Shown in pieces: positions 12,924-25,867 of a stretch of DNA of 64,000 bases. The stretch covers positions 50,096,001-50,160,000 of the forward strand of contig NC_043002.1 of the NCBI RefSeq assembly GCF_006345805.1. The letters are read 5' to 3'. The notes under the pieces were generated by a model. The model saw only the letters and a list, made by a program, of their open reading frames with translations, made no database searches and was not told where the DNA came from. Every line of letters begins with the position of its first letter. The first letter of the stretch is position 1. Both the position numbers and the translations under genes were made by a program. The DNA comes from Octopus sinensis (lineage: Eukaryota).

Positions 12924-13318
12924 TCTTTATATATAAAAGTGAAGTTGTGTGTCTGTCTCCTACGATTTAGATTCCTAACTACCACATTTTGCGGTGCAGT
13001 TTAACCAAAACCGGGTATCTTATAGTCGTGATTCATATTGAGCCCTTCTGGGTATTAGCGCGCGTCTACGATGAGTCTACGATTTTAAAAATAATTACCA
13101 TCATTTTTTTCCATTTTAATGCATTTTTTCGCTATTATATAAGGGAAGTAACTCTCTAAAAATGTCTACGATGAGTCAACGATTTAAAAAAAAATTCACC
13201 ATTATTTTTTTCCCATTTTTAATGCATTTTTTTTGCTATTTTGGGGCTATAACTCTCTAAAAATGCTTATATAGTTATTTCCCTTACAAACCCGAGCAAC
13301 GCCGGGTGATACTGCTAG
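12924..13318 (+). mobile_element. Non-autonomous Helitron (about 395 bp) with internal ~98-bp tandem duplication
   Basis: A|TC 5' end (TCTTTATATATAAAAG), 3' hairpin CCCGAGCAACGCCGGG then CTAG|T at 13315-13318, no TSD; GTCTACGATGAGTC...AACTCTCTAAAAAT repeated. Confidence 0.85.
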
Positions 13319-13425
13319 TTTATAATAAAAACAATTCTACGTTAATCTGATTGGTTACTTTAAACTTTTCTACTGTCCAGATTTATTATTCTTATTGCAA
13401 GGATGTTGTTAACGGTGACTTCGAA

Positions 13426-13482
13426 GTTCCAGCCAGCTGATGATGGCTTAGCTTGCCGAAACTTCAAAGTCACTCTCAGGAA
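13426..13482 (+). ncRNA. Hammerhead-ribozyme-like motif, family H2, copy 1
   Basis: CTGATGA (13437-43), T, GGC-TTAGCTT-GCC, GAAA (13458-61), CTTCAAAG, then TC (GUC site); helix I is degenerate (ttcc/ggaa distal pairing only). Confidence 0.55.
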
Positions 13483-13828
13483 TATCCTTATATAAGAATG
13501 ATAGATATAGCAGTGCAGGCATGGCTGTGTGATAAGAAGCTTGTTTCCCAACCACATGGTTCTGGGTTCAGTCTCACTGCATGGCACCTTGGGCAAATGT
13601 CTTCTACTGTAGCTTTGGGCTGACCAAAGCCTTCTGAGTGGATTTGGTATATAGAAACTGAAAGAAATATATATTAATTAGAAAAAAAAACACCTTTTAT
13701 CAATTCAATAATGAAAAATTGAATTATACCATTTAGAAAAATGACATCTTATAGAAAGATTAAATATAAGATAAAACATATAACAATGATTAAGTAAAGT
13801 GCAAAATAATAAATAAAACGTTTCATAT

Positions 13829-13859
<31 letters not shown>

Positions 13860-13940
13860 TATATTTTGTGAAATTTGGTTTAGTATTTCTAAATTGAATT
13901 TTTCCCTGTAAGTTTGGAATAATATTCCCTCATATTATTA

Positions 13941-14010
<70 letters not shown>

Positions 14011-14460
14011 TCACACACATCTATGTGTATGTGTCTTTGTGTCTACGCCCCCCCCCCATTACTTAACAACTGGTGTGTTTGTATCTCCCGTCACTTAGCA
14101 GTTTGGCAAAAGAGACTGCTAGAATAAGTACTCGACATAAAAAAAAATTAGTCCTCGGGTCGATTTGTTCAACTAAAACTCTCCAGGCTGGTGCTCCAGC
14201 ATGGCTGCAGTCAAATGACTGAAATAAGTAAAAGATAAAAGATGCATGTGTGTGTGTTTGTGGGTGTTAAGATTTCTCTTTCACTGTAATAATGAATTAA
14301 CTCCTCCACTTCCCTTCTCTATGCAGAAACACTCATGCCTTCCACTATTCTCTAATCTGGCTTCCCACCACTTTCTCATATCATTGGTTGTACATGAATC
14401 CTGACTGATCTGCTTTGAGTTATGATGTGTTTTGTAATGTGTTTTTGATAGTTTTCTTAC

Positions 14461-14556
14461 CTGAGTGTATGTAGTTGTGGTGCTGCTGTTGTCTGTTTGT
14501 CTGCATTTGTTGTAAAGTGGGATGGTGAGGAGGGGGCATAACAACTTCAAATTCAG
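14461..14556 (-). CDS. Candidate 96-nt coding exon (phase 1-1), T-EFEVVMPPPHHPTLQQMQTNRQQQHHNYIHS
   Basis: Pyrimidine tract ttctctttcctatcctttttcaatagctttacacag, strong donor CAG|GTAAGA, open frame with P/H/Q-rich protein-like composition. Alternative acceptor 10 nt upstream. Confidence 0.5.
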
Positions 14557-14682
14557 CTGTGTAAAGCTATTGAAAAAGGATAGGAAAGAGAACATATCCC
14601 TGGGGAAGCTCAAGCTACTGGTTTGGAAGTGTTGGTTGTCTGTGTTATTTATTATATATTGTCTCGAGTCTTTCTTCATTAA

Positions 14683-14719
<37 letters not shown>

Positions 14720-15249
14720 TCATTAATTTTGCCGTCAATTCTTACAGAAAAGTATCACAGGTCAAACTAGGTTATATTTCTTTTCATTTCAAGTCATACT
14801 AAGTAAACATAGTCAGGAGAATTGGTGAGCTGGTGGTGGTCCACTTTGGCAAAAATCTCTCAGATGAGGAAGCTCTGCCCGAAACATTAGTTTCTTACAT
14901 CTCCTGACACAGCAATATGAGCCTATTTACTATATACATATATACACACACACACACACATATAGACACACAAACTCTCTTTCTCTTTCTCTCTTGCTAT
15001 CTCTCTTTCTCTCTTTCTTCTCAGTCTGTCTGTCTGTCTGTCTCCCATTTTTTTTTTTTGTTGCTGTTAGAAATTATTCCCAATATGGTGACAAGCGAAA
15101 CTGGCTTGAAATAACTGCTTAGTGTGTTGGGAGTTACACATGAAACGAAAAGAAAAATATCTACATCTAAGGAGATGATACACAAAGAATCATAAAATGA
15201 CCATTGCAAGTTTCAAAGGAATTACGATTACGATCACATCTATCTGGGA

Positions 15250-15410
15250 AACAGAAAGACTTACTACATTTCCTGGTCCCTTGTCATTTCCTCAGTGAGG
15301 CCCAATCATCGAAGATACTTTCTCACAATTTCATCTCACATCTTCCTGGGTCTACCCCTTCCTCGGGTACCCTCCACAATTAGAGCTCAGCACTTCTTGT
15401 ATGCAGCTTA
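15250..15410 (-). mobile_element. RTE-clade LINE 3' relic (ORF2 C-terminus, decayed)
   Basis: Translates as LIVEGTRGRGRPRKM*DEIVRKYLR*LGLTEEMTRDQEM, matching the RTE C-terminal GRGRPRKTW...DL..LGL.E.M..DR motif. Confidence 0.75.
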
Positions 15411-16744
15411 CATTCTATGTTTAAAAAAAAATCATATTATATTTTTATAATTAAGTATTATTTAGGAAATAATTGTTAATGTATTTTGTGTATTGTAGAA
15501 GTATAACCAATTTATTGCCAATAAATTTTAACAACAAAATCTTACATGGACCCCCAAGGGTTAGTTGGACCCCAGTTGAAAACCACTACATTCTGCTGTC
15601 CACCCTGCTGTCCCCACTATTGTCTGAACACATTAATATTTCCTGATTGATATCCACATTCTGGTGTGTTACACTGCCAGCATTCTTAATGTCCAGTTCA
15701 CTTAAATATTTATTTATTTCTATCTGCATTACCACCGGTCAATCAATTATTCAATCAATTAATCAAATAATTAACCATATCTGAAGCAAAACAAAACAAA
15801 ACAAAAAAAATGACAACTGGGAAGAAAGAAATATACAAAAGCTTCTAGCATGTTTTGATGATGGTTTCCTGCAGATGTCTTGGATACTTTGGAATTTCAG
15901 AAAAGATTCTATTTTTCCAGAAATCTCTCAAAGAAGAAACTGATGAGAAATACAATATAAACCAAATACATATTAAAAAAGACCCCCCCCAAAAAAACCC
16001 ACTAGGATAAAAACTTAAACTGTATTTTATTAACAGTTGTTACTAATGTTTTTGAGATGGTGAGCTAAGATAAATTGTTAGTGGTACCAGACATAATGAC
16101 TTGCTATATTTCTTCTGATTCCTTACATTCTCAGCTCAAATTACGCTGGGGTTGACTTTGTCTTTCGTCATTTCAAGATCAATAAAATAAATACTGGTTC
16201 ACTTCTGGGTGGGGGTCAATGTGACTGACTACCCCAATACCACCACCACCCGCCCCACCCAAAATTGCTGGCCTTGTACCAAAAGCTGAAACCATTGTTA
16301 TTATTGGTGCTGTTACTATTATTTAAATGTTTTTGATGATTTTCAGTTAGTTAGGGGTAGATTTTTTCTAGCCTCAGTTCAAAGACTGATTCTGTGTAAG
16401 GTGAGAGCATTTTTAGTATTTTCTTGTGAAGACTGCACTGACCTTTATATAACTAAATTTGTACAAATAAACATTGTCATAACTATTGTTTTTTCATGCA
16501 GATGAAGTCACTAAGTAATTTATATTCATTACATTTTATATTCTAGCTTCCTTCGCTCATCAGTTTAGTAATTTATATCCTTAATTTATATTCTAGTTTT
16601 CTATGCTAGTCAATGTGGAATCATGTATATTTACTTAGTGATTCTTGTGTTACTACTCTGGCAGGTATGGTAAAGTGTTTTCTTCTCTGATGAGGTCATA
16701 ATAATACTAAAACCTACCAAGAATTGTCTCCCATATTTGCTGAA

Positions 16745-17070
16745 ACATGGCTGTGTGATAAAAAGCTTGATTCTCAACCACATGGTTCTGGGTTCAGTTC
16801 CACTGCATGGCACCTTGGGCGAGTGTCTTCTACTATAACCTTAGGCTGACCAAAGCCTTATCAGTGGATTTGTTAGACAGAAACTAAAAGAAGCCTATTG
16901 TGTGTGTATATGTTTATGTGTGTGTGTCTGTCTCTGCCACCATCGCTTGACAACTGATGTTGGTGTGTTTATGTCCCCATAACTTAGCGGTTCAACAAAA
17001 TAGACCGAGAGAATAAGTACTAGGCTTACAAAGAATAAATCCTAGGGTTGATTTCTTCCACTAAATCAAA
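16745..17070 (+). mobile_element. SINE A, near-full copy
   Basis: Head CATGGCTGTGTGATAAAAAGC, B box GGGTTCAGTTCC, core and tail modules present. Confidence 0.85.
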
Positions 17071-19467
17071 TAAAAGAATAAAAGAAAAACTTATTAGTTG
17101 CTTTAATTTTTTTGTTTTTCCTCCTCCTCCTCCTCTTCCCCATCATCATTAGCAACCCCTGGACTTTACTGTCTTGAGTCCTAAGGCTCACCGAGCCAGC
17201 TACCTGGTTATCTTGATGTGTAAGTGACTGAGATCACCCCACCCCCCTCAGTGGGATGCCAGTCTGTCATAGGGTTACTCACTCATTTATAGCTAAGTGA
17301 ACTGGAACAACTTGAAATGAAATGTTTTGCTCAACAACACACCACACCACTGAATGATTCCCAACCACATGGTTCTGCGTTCAATCCCACTGCATGGCAG
17401 TGAAACCATGTCCCTGTGATCACCAGTGCAACACATTACTACCAGGTTGCATAATTATTTCCTCATAACACATTTGAATGCTGCCACCAGTAAAATTGTT
17501 TTCTGTTATTTCATAATATTGACGCTACAAATGACATTTCTCCACCTTTGTACCTTTTCTTTATTATTAACCCTTTGATCTTTCAAGTTTTCTTGTTTTC
17601 CAAAATCTCTCAGATTTCTGACAGAAAGAGACTATGTATACCAGGGTACAGCATATGTTTTTTTTTTTATTTTTTAAAAAATATTTTCTAGATATTCACT
17701 GCATCCTCTTCACTTCCAGTCTCTGATTGTCTTTCACACTCTGGCACACTTAACCAATCCTCTCATCAACCCTTCCTCTTCCGCATTCCTCTCTCTTATA
17801 TTCAAAGGTGCACCCTCATCACTCTCCCCCACTTCCCCTCGCATCTGTCTGTCTATCTCTCTCTCTCTCTCTCTAGGGGAGAGTATTCATTTCTTCAGCA
17901 AGACACCTGTTCCTGCCCCTTTGTTATAATTTCACCTCCTCCAATACTTTTCTTGCAAGTTATTTGGTGACCTCACTAGTGTTGGTGCTATGTAAAAACT
18001 ACTTAGTACACTCGATTATAGGTAAGTTCACTACCATCAATTTGCTACAGGGAAAGTTCACTCTGAGGAAAGTTTACTGAGAAAATATATTCATAGTATT
18101 TCTTGCTGTTAATACTTAAAAGCTATTTTATTGAAAAAAAAAAAAAAATGCTGAGTTGATGATGGAGAATTTTCCCTGTGGTGAAATGAGGACAGTGAAC
18201 TTAGCAGACATGCAGTACACTCTGCTGTGGTTGTGGTTGGTATTAGGTGAGCAAACCACATCAAAGCAGACATTGAATCTCAGCACAACCCTCTGGCTCA
18301 TCAGTGTCTGTCAAACCATCCAACCCATACCAGCATGGAAAAAGGGACGTTAAATGATTATGATGATGATAATCAAAAATTTATCAGTTGCTCTTTAGTC
18401 AGAAGATATGAAGTAAGATAATCTAATCCATACATAAGCCATCATTTTTTCTGGACAGTGTATTTAGGGCTACATTATACAGGTTTTTTGTTTTTTTTCC
18501 TTCAAAGTATAATGTGGGATTTGAAGGGAATTTCACATTTAATTTTAGCAGGTCAAAACTTTTTTTCTTTCCTGGATGTATTGTTGTAATAACTTAAAGG
18601 GTTTTTTTTGTATAAAATCCATAAAGGTTTTTATGCATAAAAAAGAATTTTGCTAACCAATATCTTGGCTCTATGATTTATATTAGAGAAGTAATTTTAT
18701 TTAAGGTATTAATTTCAAGAAGATCATTTTCAAATGGGTTCTTTTGGATCACTTGGGACCAGAGGTAACCTCAGATGTGTTAGTACTAAAAATATTCAGC
18801 AGCCATGTTGAATCTTTTTATGTGGGGACTCATTTGAGATTAGCTTGGTAGGATCAGCTCATTTTAAACCTTATCCTTACCTACTAGTCTCAGAGGAGCT
18901 ACGAAGGTCACCACCAATATGCAGCTACTCCGCCTGACTAAACTAAACTACAAACAAAAGAATATGTTTTCACCAAACTTCTTTTCTCCATCACGTATTT
19001 CTTTCCCTCTCCCTCTCTCTGTCTGTCTGTCCGTCAGTCTCTCTCTCTCTCTGATATGGGAGACTTAAAAAGGTGAGTGGAGGAGTGACAGATGTGCATG
19101 CACACACAAAAAGAAAATACAAATAAAGGTAGAATAGTAACAAATAAAATAGAAACAAAAACAAGGTTGGAGAAAGCTCTATTACCTTTTGCAGTCTGTA
19201 TCCATTTCTGCATCTATCAATCAGTAACCAGTTTCTGACATCTGCTCTCACAATGTTTGTGTAATCGCCGCCACCACTTCTTAGGCACTAATCGCATCAC
19301 CCGACACCGCTGCCCTCGCCCTGCCGCCCATAGCCTCTCCACATCATTTCCCCATAAGTGCCTATATCATATCAATCTTCTTAACTGTAAGAAACTTTTT
19401 AAATATGAAGCCTTCAGACAGTTATACCTCACTCTACTGAAACCCACTCAGCTGTGATCTCTCCCTC

Positions 19468-19469
19468 TG

Positions 19470-19542
<73 letters not shown>

Positions 19543-19545
19543 TTG
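19468..19545. repeat. (CTAT)n microsatellite
   Basis: Read directly. Confidence 0.95.
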
Positions 19546-20111
19546 TCTGTCTGTGTATCCTCTCACCCTTCTGGCTATCACTTATTTCAGTTATAATGGT
19601 CTGCATTTATTTCTTAGCTGTTGTTGTTCCTCTATCTATCTCTGTTGTATGAAGATATGTTCTCACAATCAACTTGTCACACCTGTTCCGAAGGATGGAA
19701 TATATTTTCCATATGTGTGTACCTATGTGTGTATGTGTGCACAAGGGTAAATTGACTTTACCACATTTCTTTTGATCTCTACTTTGCAATGTGTGTATGC
19801 ATGTGCTCGTGCCCGTGTGCATGCATGAGAACGTATGTTGTGGATGATAGGAGAATGACCAATCTCCATTTGTAGTGTTATTCCACTCCTCTTCAGCATA
19901 TAGTTATATTTCAGTTCTTACTTTTGGTTTCCAATCATTTGTCTAATGAATTGTTCAATATGTCAGTATGCTTGAAAAATCCAGTGTGGTTGTTGCTATT
20001 GTTACTGTTGTTGTTCCACCTCAGCTTTGATAAAAGGGATTCAAGATCGAAGGCATTCTTGCTATGACCATCTTAAAAATTAAGGGGCTTCATTCTCCAG
20101 TGCATTCTTCT

Positions 20112-20335
20112 TATTTCTTTACTGCCCACAAGGGGCTACATACAGAGGGAACAAACAAGGACAGACAAACAGATTAAGTCGATTACATCGACCCCAGTGC
20201 GTAACTGGTACTTATTTAATTGACCCCGAAAGGATGAAAGGCAAAGTTGACCTCAGCGAAATTTGAACTCAGAACGTAACGGCAGACGAAATACCACTAA
20301 GCATTTCGCCCGACGTGCTAGCATTTCTGCCAGCT
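20112..20335 (-). mobile_element. SINE family B (Meta-SINE-like core) with 17-bp TSD
   Basis: Core GCCTTTCATCCTTTCGGGGTC on the minus strand; flanked by CTCCAGTG(C/T)ATTCTTCT at 20095-20111 and 20336-20352. Confidence 0.9.
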
Positions 20336-20895
20336 CTCCAGTGTATTCTTCTAGTATCATCATCATCTGTTCTGTACTTGCATAGGTTGGACAAGTTTAA
20401 GCTGCTAGTTGATTATCATAATCATTATTTAACGTCTGTTTTCCTTGATGGCATGGGTTGGACAGTTTGACAGGAGCTGACCAAATGAAGAGTTCAGTGT
20501 CTGTTTTTGACATGGTTTCTACGGCTGGATGCCCTTAATGCCAACTACTTTACAGAGTGTATTGGGTGCTTTTATGTGGTACTGGCTTGGATGTTTTTTA
20601 CATGGTCCCAGGTCCCAGCACCCATGAGCCCATAAGATGTGGATTGCTCAGCTGAAGAGAGACGTAGGGGACGTGCCTGTATGCAAGGACAACAATGATT
20701 TTACTTAGCTTGGTATGGCTTCTCAAGCGTAGCAAACTGCCAGAAGTCTCGGTCCTCTCTGAGGCCCAGTATCAACATTCAACTATTCCTTTCTTGCAAC
20801 TATCCAGTCTTGTACTTAAATCAAAAATCTTGGTGAATTGGCAGAATCATTTGAGGCTTAGAGAAAATACTTTGTGCTAGAATTTGTTCTGGCTC

Positions 20896-21132
20896 TTAAC
20901 TCGTTAGCATTCTGGTTACTCTATCAAACATGATGCTTCTTCATTCACATTATTTTGAATTAGTCATGCATTATCTTGAAACTTCGAGATGATGATGATG
21001 ATGATGTGATTGTTTATTTTTAGAATAACATTGTAGGGTATTTGTGAGGGGCCGGATCTGGCCAGTTTTTTAAACATAAAATAAGAGGAATATTTGGGTC
21101 AGATATGGCTGGTTTGAATGCTAAAGGGTTAA
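20896..21132 (-). mobile_element. piggyBac-like MITE (same family as 6574-7021)
   Basis: TTAACTCGTTAGCATTC ... GAATGCTAAAGGGTTAA termini. Confidence 0.75.
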
Positions 21133-22086
21133 TATCAGAATTGGATACTAGTTAACTTTGTAAAATATATTTAAAGTAACTTATCTCAAGTGGAAATATT
21201 CTGTTGTATCAGACCACTGTTGCTACAACACTAAACTGTATAACACATTATAGAGCTGGTTATTTCTTCTTCTTGCTCTCTCTCTCTTCTCTCTCACTCT
21301 CTTCTGTCTCTACACACACACAGCTTGCCTTTTTTTAATACTTGTTTTAGTCACTGAAGTGTGTCCATGCTAGGTCACCACTTCAAAAGGTTGAGTTGAA
21401 CAAAATGACCCCCAGTAGTTATTTTTAAGCCTGGCACATATTCTATCAGTCTGTTTTTGCTAAACCACTAAGTTAGGGAGGGGTATGTAAAGAAACCACC
21501 ACCGCTTAGACAATTAACTCATCCCAAGCACTTCATTGTTATTCTGTTTTGTCAACTATGGAGGGATGAAAAGTGAAGTTGAACTGAGAAGTATTTGAAC
21601 TCACAACATACTGATTCACAACTAAGTACAGTGAGACATTCGGTTTATCGCTTGACCGATTCTGCCATTGTTATGGTGTAAATGCTAAATGTTTGTTCAT
21701 AAACATTGATCACTTTGTATATATAATTTTATCATCTCTTTACCGTTGCATCATGTTATCATCATCATCAAAACCAACATCACCACCACCACCATAAACA
21801 TCATCTTCATCATCATCATTATAATCATCATACTTTTATGATTGTAATTCTGTGTGCTGTATCTGAAAAGTCAGTATTAACTTGGAAAGGCTTTGCACCC
21901 CCCTCTCTTTATCGGCTTTCACCCCTTGCTCTATCCTTCTGTATAAGTGAAAGCTATGAAATTAAATTATACTTCTGTCTAAATACATATTCCTTCTGTA
22001 TGCACACACACACACATATGTATGTGATCTCACAAACTTGTCCCTCCCCTTCTGTATGTTCGTATAGATAGATATAGATATTAGCA

Positions 22087-22150
22087 TGTATAAGTGTGTG
22101 TGTGTATATATATGTATATGTGTGTGTATGTATATATATATATGTGTGTG

Positions 22151-22183
<33 letters not shown>

Positions 22184-22236
22184 TTATATATATGTATGTG
22201 TGTGTGTTTGTATATATATATATATGTGTGTGTATT

Positions 22237-22269
<33 letters not shown>

Positions 22270-22345
22270 GTGTGTGTATTTATATATATGTATGTGTGTG
22301 TGTATATATATATATATAAATATGGATATGTGTGTATATACACCT
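22087..22345. repeat. Compound (TG)/(TA) microsatellite
   Basis: Read directly. Confidence 0.95.
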
Positions 22346-22588
22346 ATACACACACTAATGAACACATCTTGTCCCACCATATATACACACCCATTATGAA
22401 TGGGTGATCTATCTCTATGGCTTGCTCATCATTCTGCTGAAAAGCCCGTGACAGTGCCTAAAACCACCCTCCACTGGTGATTTTTGCCGCAGATAAAAGG
22501 ATTAAAGTGTACCAGACATAAATATATCCAGTCATTGGTTTCTCTTACACAACAGAGAGATAAGCTGAAGTCTTGTCTCATCGCTTAC

Positions 22589-22646
22589 TCTGCAAGAAGC
22601 CCGTCGGCTGGTTTCCTTCTGATTTTCGCTTCAGATAGCTGCACAT
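22589..22646 (-). CDS. Candidate exon, either a first coding exon MCSYLKRKSEGNQPTGFLQ (ATG at 22646) or an internal 50-nt exon 22589-22638
   Basis: Donor AGA|GTAAGC, ends in phase 1 compatible with the 14556 acceptor; unique CpG-retaining context; in-frame stop upstream of the ATG; alternative acceptor ctaactgcgatgtgcag. Confidence 0.4.
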
Positions 22647-22932
22647 CGCAGTTAGATTATATAAACTGAACTTCTGTCCGCTACTGCTCCTGTCTCGTTA
22701 TCTCTTAGATTCCGAACAACAACAGCAGCAGCAGCAACAGCGACAGCAACATCTGTAATGGGCAACAACAAGATGGACTGCTTTCTTATTATGATCTCAC
22801 ACACACACACATACATACATGCCATATTTTCAATATGTAAAATAGGCAACTGGTGCCATGTTTCAATATGCCCGTGTCTTCTTGTTTTGATGTGTGTGTA
22901 TGAGTGAGTGAGTGTGTGTGTGTGTGTGTGTG

Positions 22933-22994
<62 letters not shown>

Positions 22995-23236
22995 GTATAC
23001 ATACACACACACACACACACATCATTTTGATGGGTCTATGTTTGAATACATATGTACATGTGTATGCACACATGTTTATATATGCATTATGTATATGCAT
23101 AACCAGTTGGTCACACACACACACACACACACACAGTGTTTGGGAACAAATGTCTAAAAAAAAATAATGCATTCCAAAAACATTAAATCCTTATAAAATG
23201 ATTATATACATCTAATGTACATACTCAGACACTGTG

Positions 23237-23271
<35 letters not shown>

Positions 23272-24409
23272 ATTTGTTTGGGGCAATTCACTTCTTTCCA
23301 TATATATATGTATATAGACACACACACACACACTTTCTCTCTCTCTCATATATATATATATTAGTGTATGAATGTATATATGTATATATATATATATATA
23401 CATATCTAGATATATATTTACACTCACACACAGTGCTAGTTTGAAAGATAAAAATAAATAAACATAACTCCATGTCAAATCCAGAAATATTGAGTTAAGC
23501 TACCCAGATTATGGTGACAAGTAATAAAGTATTGAGAATGGAGCCAGAAGTATAATGTCTTATTGTCTACTAATTTCGATGGTGTTGTGGGAGTAGAGAG
23601 AAGCAGAAGAGGAGGGGACATGTGGTTGATGGTGGTGATGCTACTATTTGATTGTTGGGTGTTAGGGTGGTGTTCTTTTTTTTATTATTTTATTTATTTT
23701 TTTCTTTCTGTTTTTTTTTTTGGTCTTTTATTCTTAAATAATGTTTGTGACTAAAATATGTTGCACTGGTTAGAATTATACATTTCTAAGCCATTCAGAT
23801 GTGATTTCTGAGAGGACCGTTGTATTTGGTGGTGCTGTTGGATGTGGTGAGGGTTTAGGTGGTGTTGGTGGGACCAAATGGTTCTTGTTGTTTAACCCTA
23901 GGTCGATCTTGATCAAGTAGGCCTATGATCAACAAGATTTAAGACATGACTGCTATTATCATCATCATCATCGTTTAGCATCCGCTTTCCATGCTAGCAT
24001 GGGTTGGACAGTTCAACTGGGGTCTGGGAAGCCAGAAGGCTGCACCAGGCCCAGTCTGATCTGGCAATGTTTCTAAGGCTGGATGCCCTTCCTAACGCCT
24101 ATCATCATCATCATCATCATTATTATTATTATTATTATTATATTATTATTATTATTATTATGGTTAAGGTGGCAAGCTGACTGAATCGTTAGCATACTCG
24201 ACAGAATGCTTAGCTGTATTTTGCCTGTCGCAACATTCTGAGTTCAAATTCCACTGAGGTTATCTTTGCCTTTCATCCTTTTCTGGTTGATGAAATAGGT
24301 ACCATTTGAGTACTGGGGTCGATGTAATTGACTAACCTCCTCTCTTCAAATTTCAGGCCTTGTGCCTCCAGTAGAAAGGATTATTATTATTATGGCTGGG
24401 TTCCAACCT

Positions 24410-24625
24410 GAGTTGCAGCGACAAAGTCTACCTGCCACATTTCTCAGTCCATCATCACTACCCCGAGGTTCTGGATACATTCCTGGCCCGTGTCTATAAT
24501 CTAGTTGTTGATGTAAGTGTGACGACCTTTTCCTCATCTTACATCACCATGAAGTGGGTTCCACAGGACTAATTTGGATGCCTCCACTCCAGGGTGGAAC
24601 ACGCAGTGACCAGATAGTTGCAACC
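24410..24625 (-). mobile_element. RTE-type LINE 3' relic, second lineage
   Basis: Translates as LSGHCVFHPGVEASKLVLWNPLHGDVR*GKGRHTYINN*IIDTGQECIQNLGVVMMD*EMW, matching the GHC..H....SKL.LW.P.HG....GR...TYI..L..DTG C-terminal signature. Confidence 0.8.
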
Positions 24626-24785
24626 ATCTTTGCTTGAACTGTTTTGAACTAGGTTCCACAATTAAGGGAAAAAATTAACCTTTTTTGCCCCCAATGATGA
24701 AGAGTTTATTTCTTCAGATTCCTGAGTTTCTTTCCATAGTTTGAGGGCACTTTCCAAAAGAATGTTTATTAGCATGGCACATATC

Positions 24786-25236
24786 TTGGGCAAGTGTCTT
24801 CTAATATAGCCTCAGGTCAACCAAAGCCTTGTGAGTGGATTTGGTTGATGGAAACTAAAAGAAGCCCATTGTATGTGTATGTGTGTGTGTGCCTTTGTGT
24901 TTATATTTGTCTGCCCATCATCGCTTGACAATTGATGTTGGTGTGTTTACGTCCCTGTAACTTAGCTGTTTGGCAAAAGAAACTGATAGAATAAGTACTA
25001 GGCTTACAAAAAATAAATCTTGGGATCGATTTCTTGTGAATGTACAAGTCTCCATACTCTTTATCATTTTTAATATTATATATAGACACATCCACACACA
25101 TATATGACGGGTTTTTTCCAGTTTCCATCTACCAAATCTACTCACAAGGCTTTGGTAGAAGACACTTGCCCAAGGTGCCGTGCCTTGGGACTGAACCTGG
25201 GACCATGTGGTTGGGAAGCAAGCTACTTGCCACACA
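24786..25236. mobile_element. Inverted SINE A pair: + (24786-25040), - (25105-25236)
   Basis: TTGGGCAAGTGTCTTCTA on + and TAGAAGACACTTGCCCAAGGTGCC on -. Confidence 0.8.
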
Positions 25237-25435
25237 TATATATTATTTCATTACTTTGATTCATTGTTGTGGTTTGGTTATAGATTTATGTAAAATAGAA
25301 AGTAAATGTTGGCTCATGTGTGTTGGGTTGGGAGTCACTCTGAAAATAGCTCTGTAATGAAATACTATAACTGCTTGTCATTCAGTACCACTTGCTCAGT
25401 GTAGCACTGTTTCTTTTGGGCTCATTTATCCAATA

Positions 25436-25867
25436 CTAGCAGCAAAGCCCGGCATTGCCCGGGTATGTAAGAGCCCCTAGTAGGCAACGACTAATCCCAA
25501 TCTAGTCCTTTCCCTCTTGGGAACGAAGGCGCATGTGTAGGTTGCGATATCTTCTCTTCACTCAAATACTTCTGTGTATACGATGTTCCTAGCTGTCCCT
25601 TTGGGCGATAAAAAGGTCGTGTTGTGTCCCCTAGACAGAAAATGTGTTGCATATAAAAAGCTTAGATTCTCGACCCCATGTCAAATTTATCGATAATTTT
25701 CAGAACTGGAGGAACTTTTCAAAATTTTCGCTGCATTAGTTTTGAATTATGACATTGGGCTATGTGTGTGTCAAGTTTCATCAGAATCGGTTGAAAGCCG
25801 TGGTCAGGGTGAGGGTACAACCTGACAGACACACAGACAGACAAACTGCCGTTTATATAGAGAGAGA
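25436..25867 (-). mobile_element. Non-autonomous Helitron (about 430 bp)
   Basis: On the minus strand: A|TC start (TCTCTCTCTATATAAACGGCAG), 3' hairpin CCCGGGCAATGCCGGG followed by CTAG|T. Confidence 0.8.

Noticed and set aside
22720-22770. Plus-strand poly-Q exon candidate (DSEQQQQQQQQRQQHL*)
   Set aside because: It ends in a stop or a weak donor; the minus-strand reading of the same island fits better.
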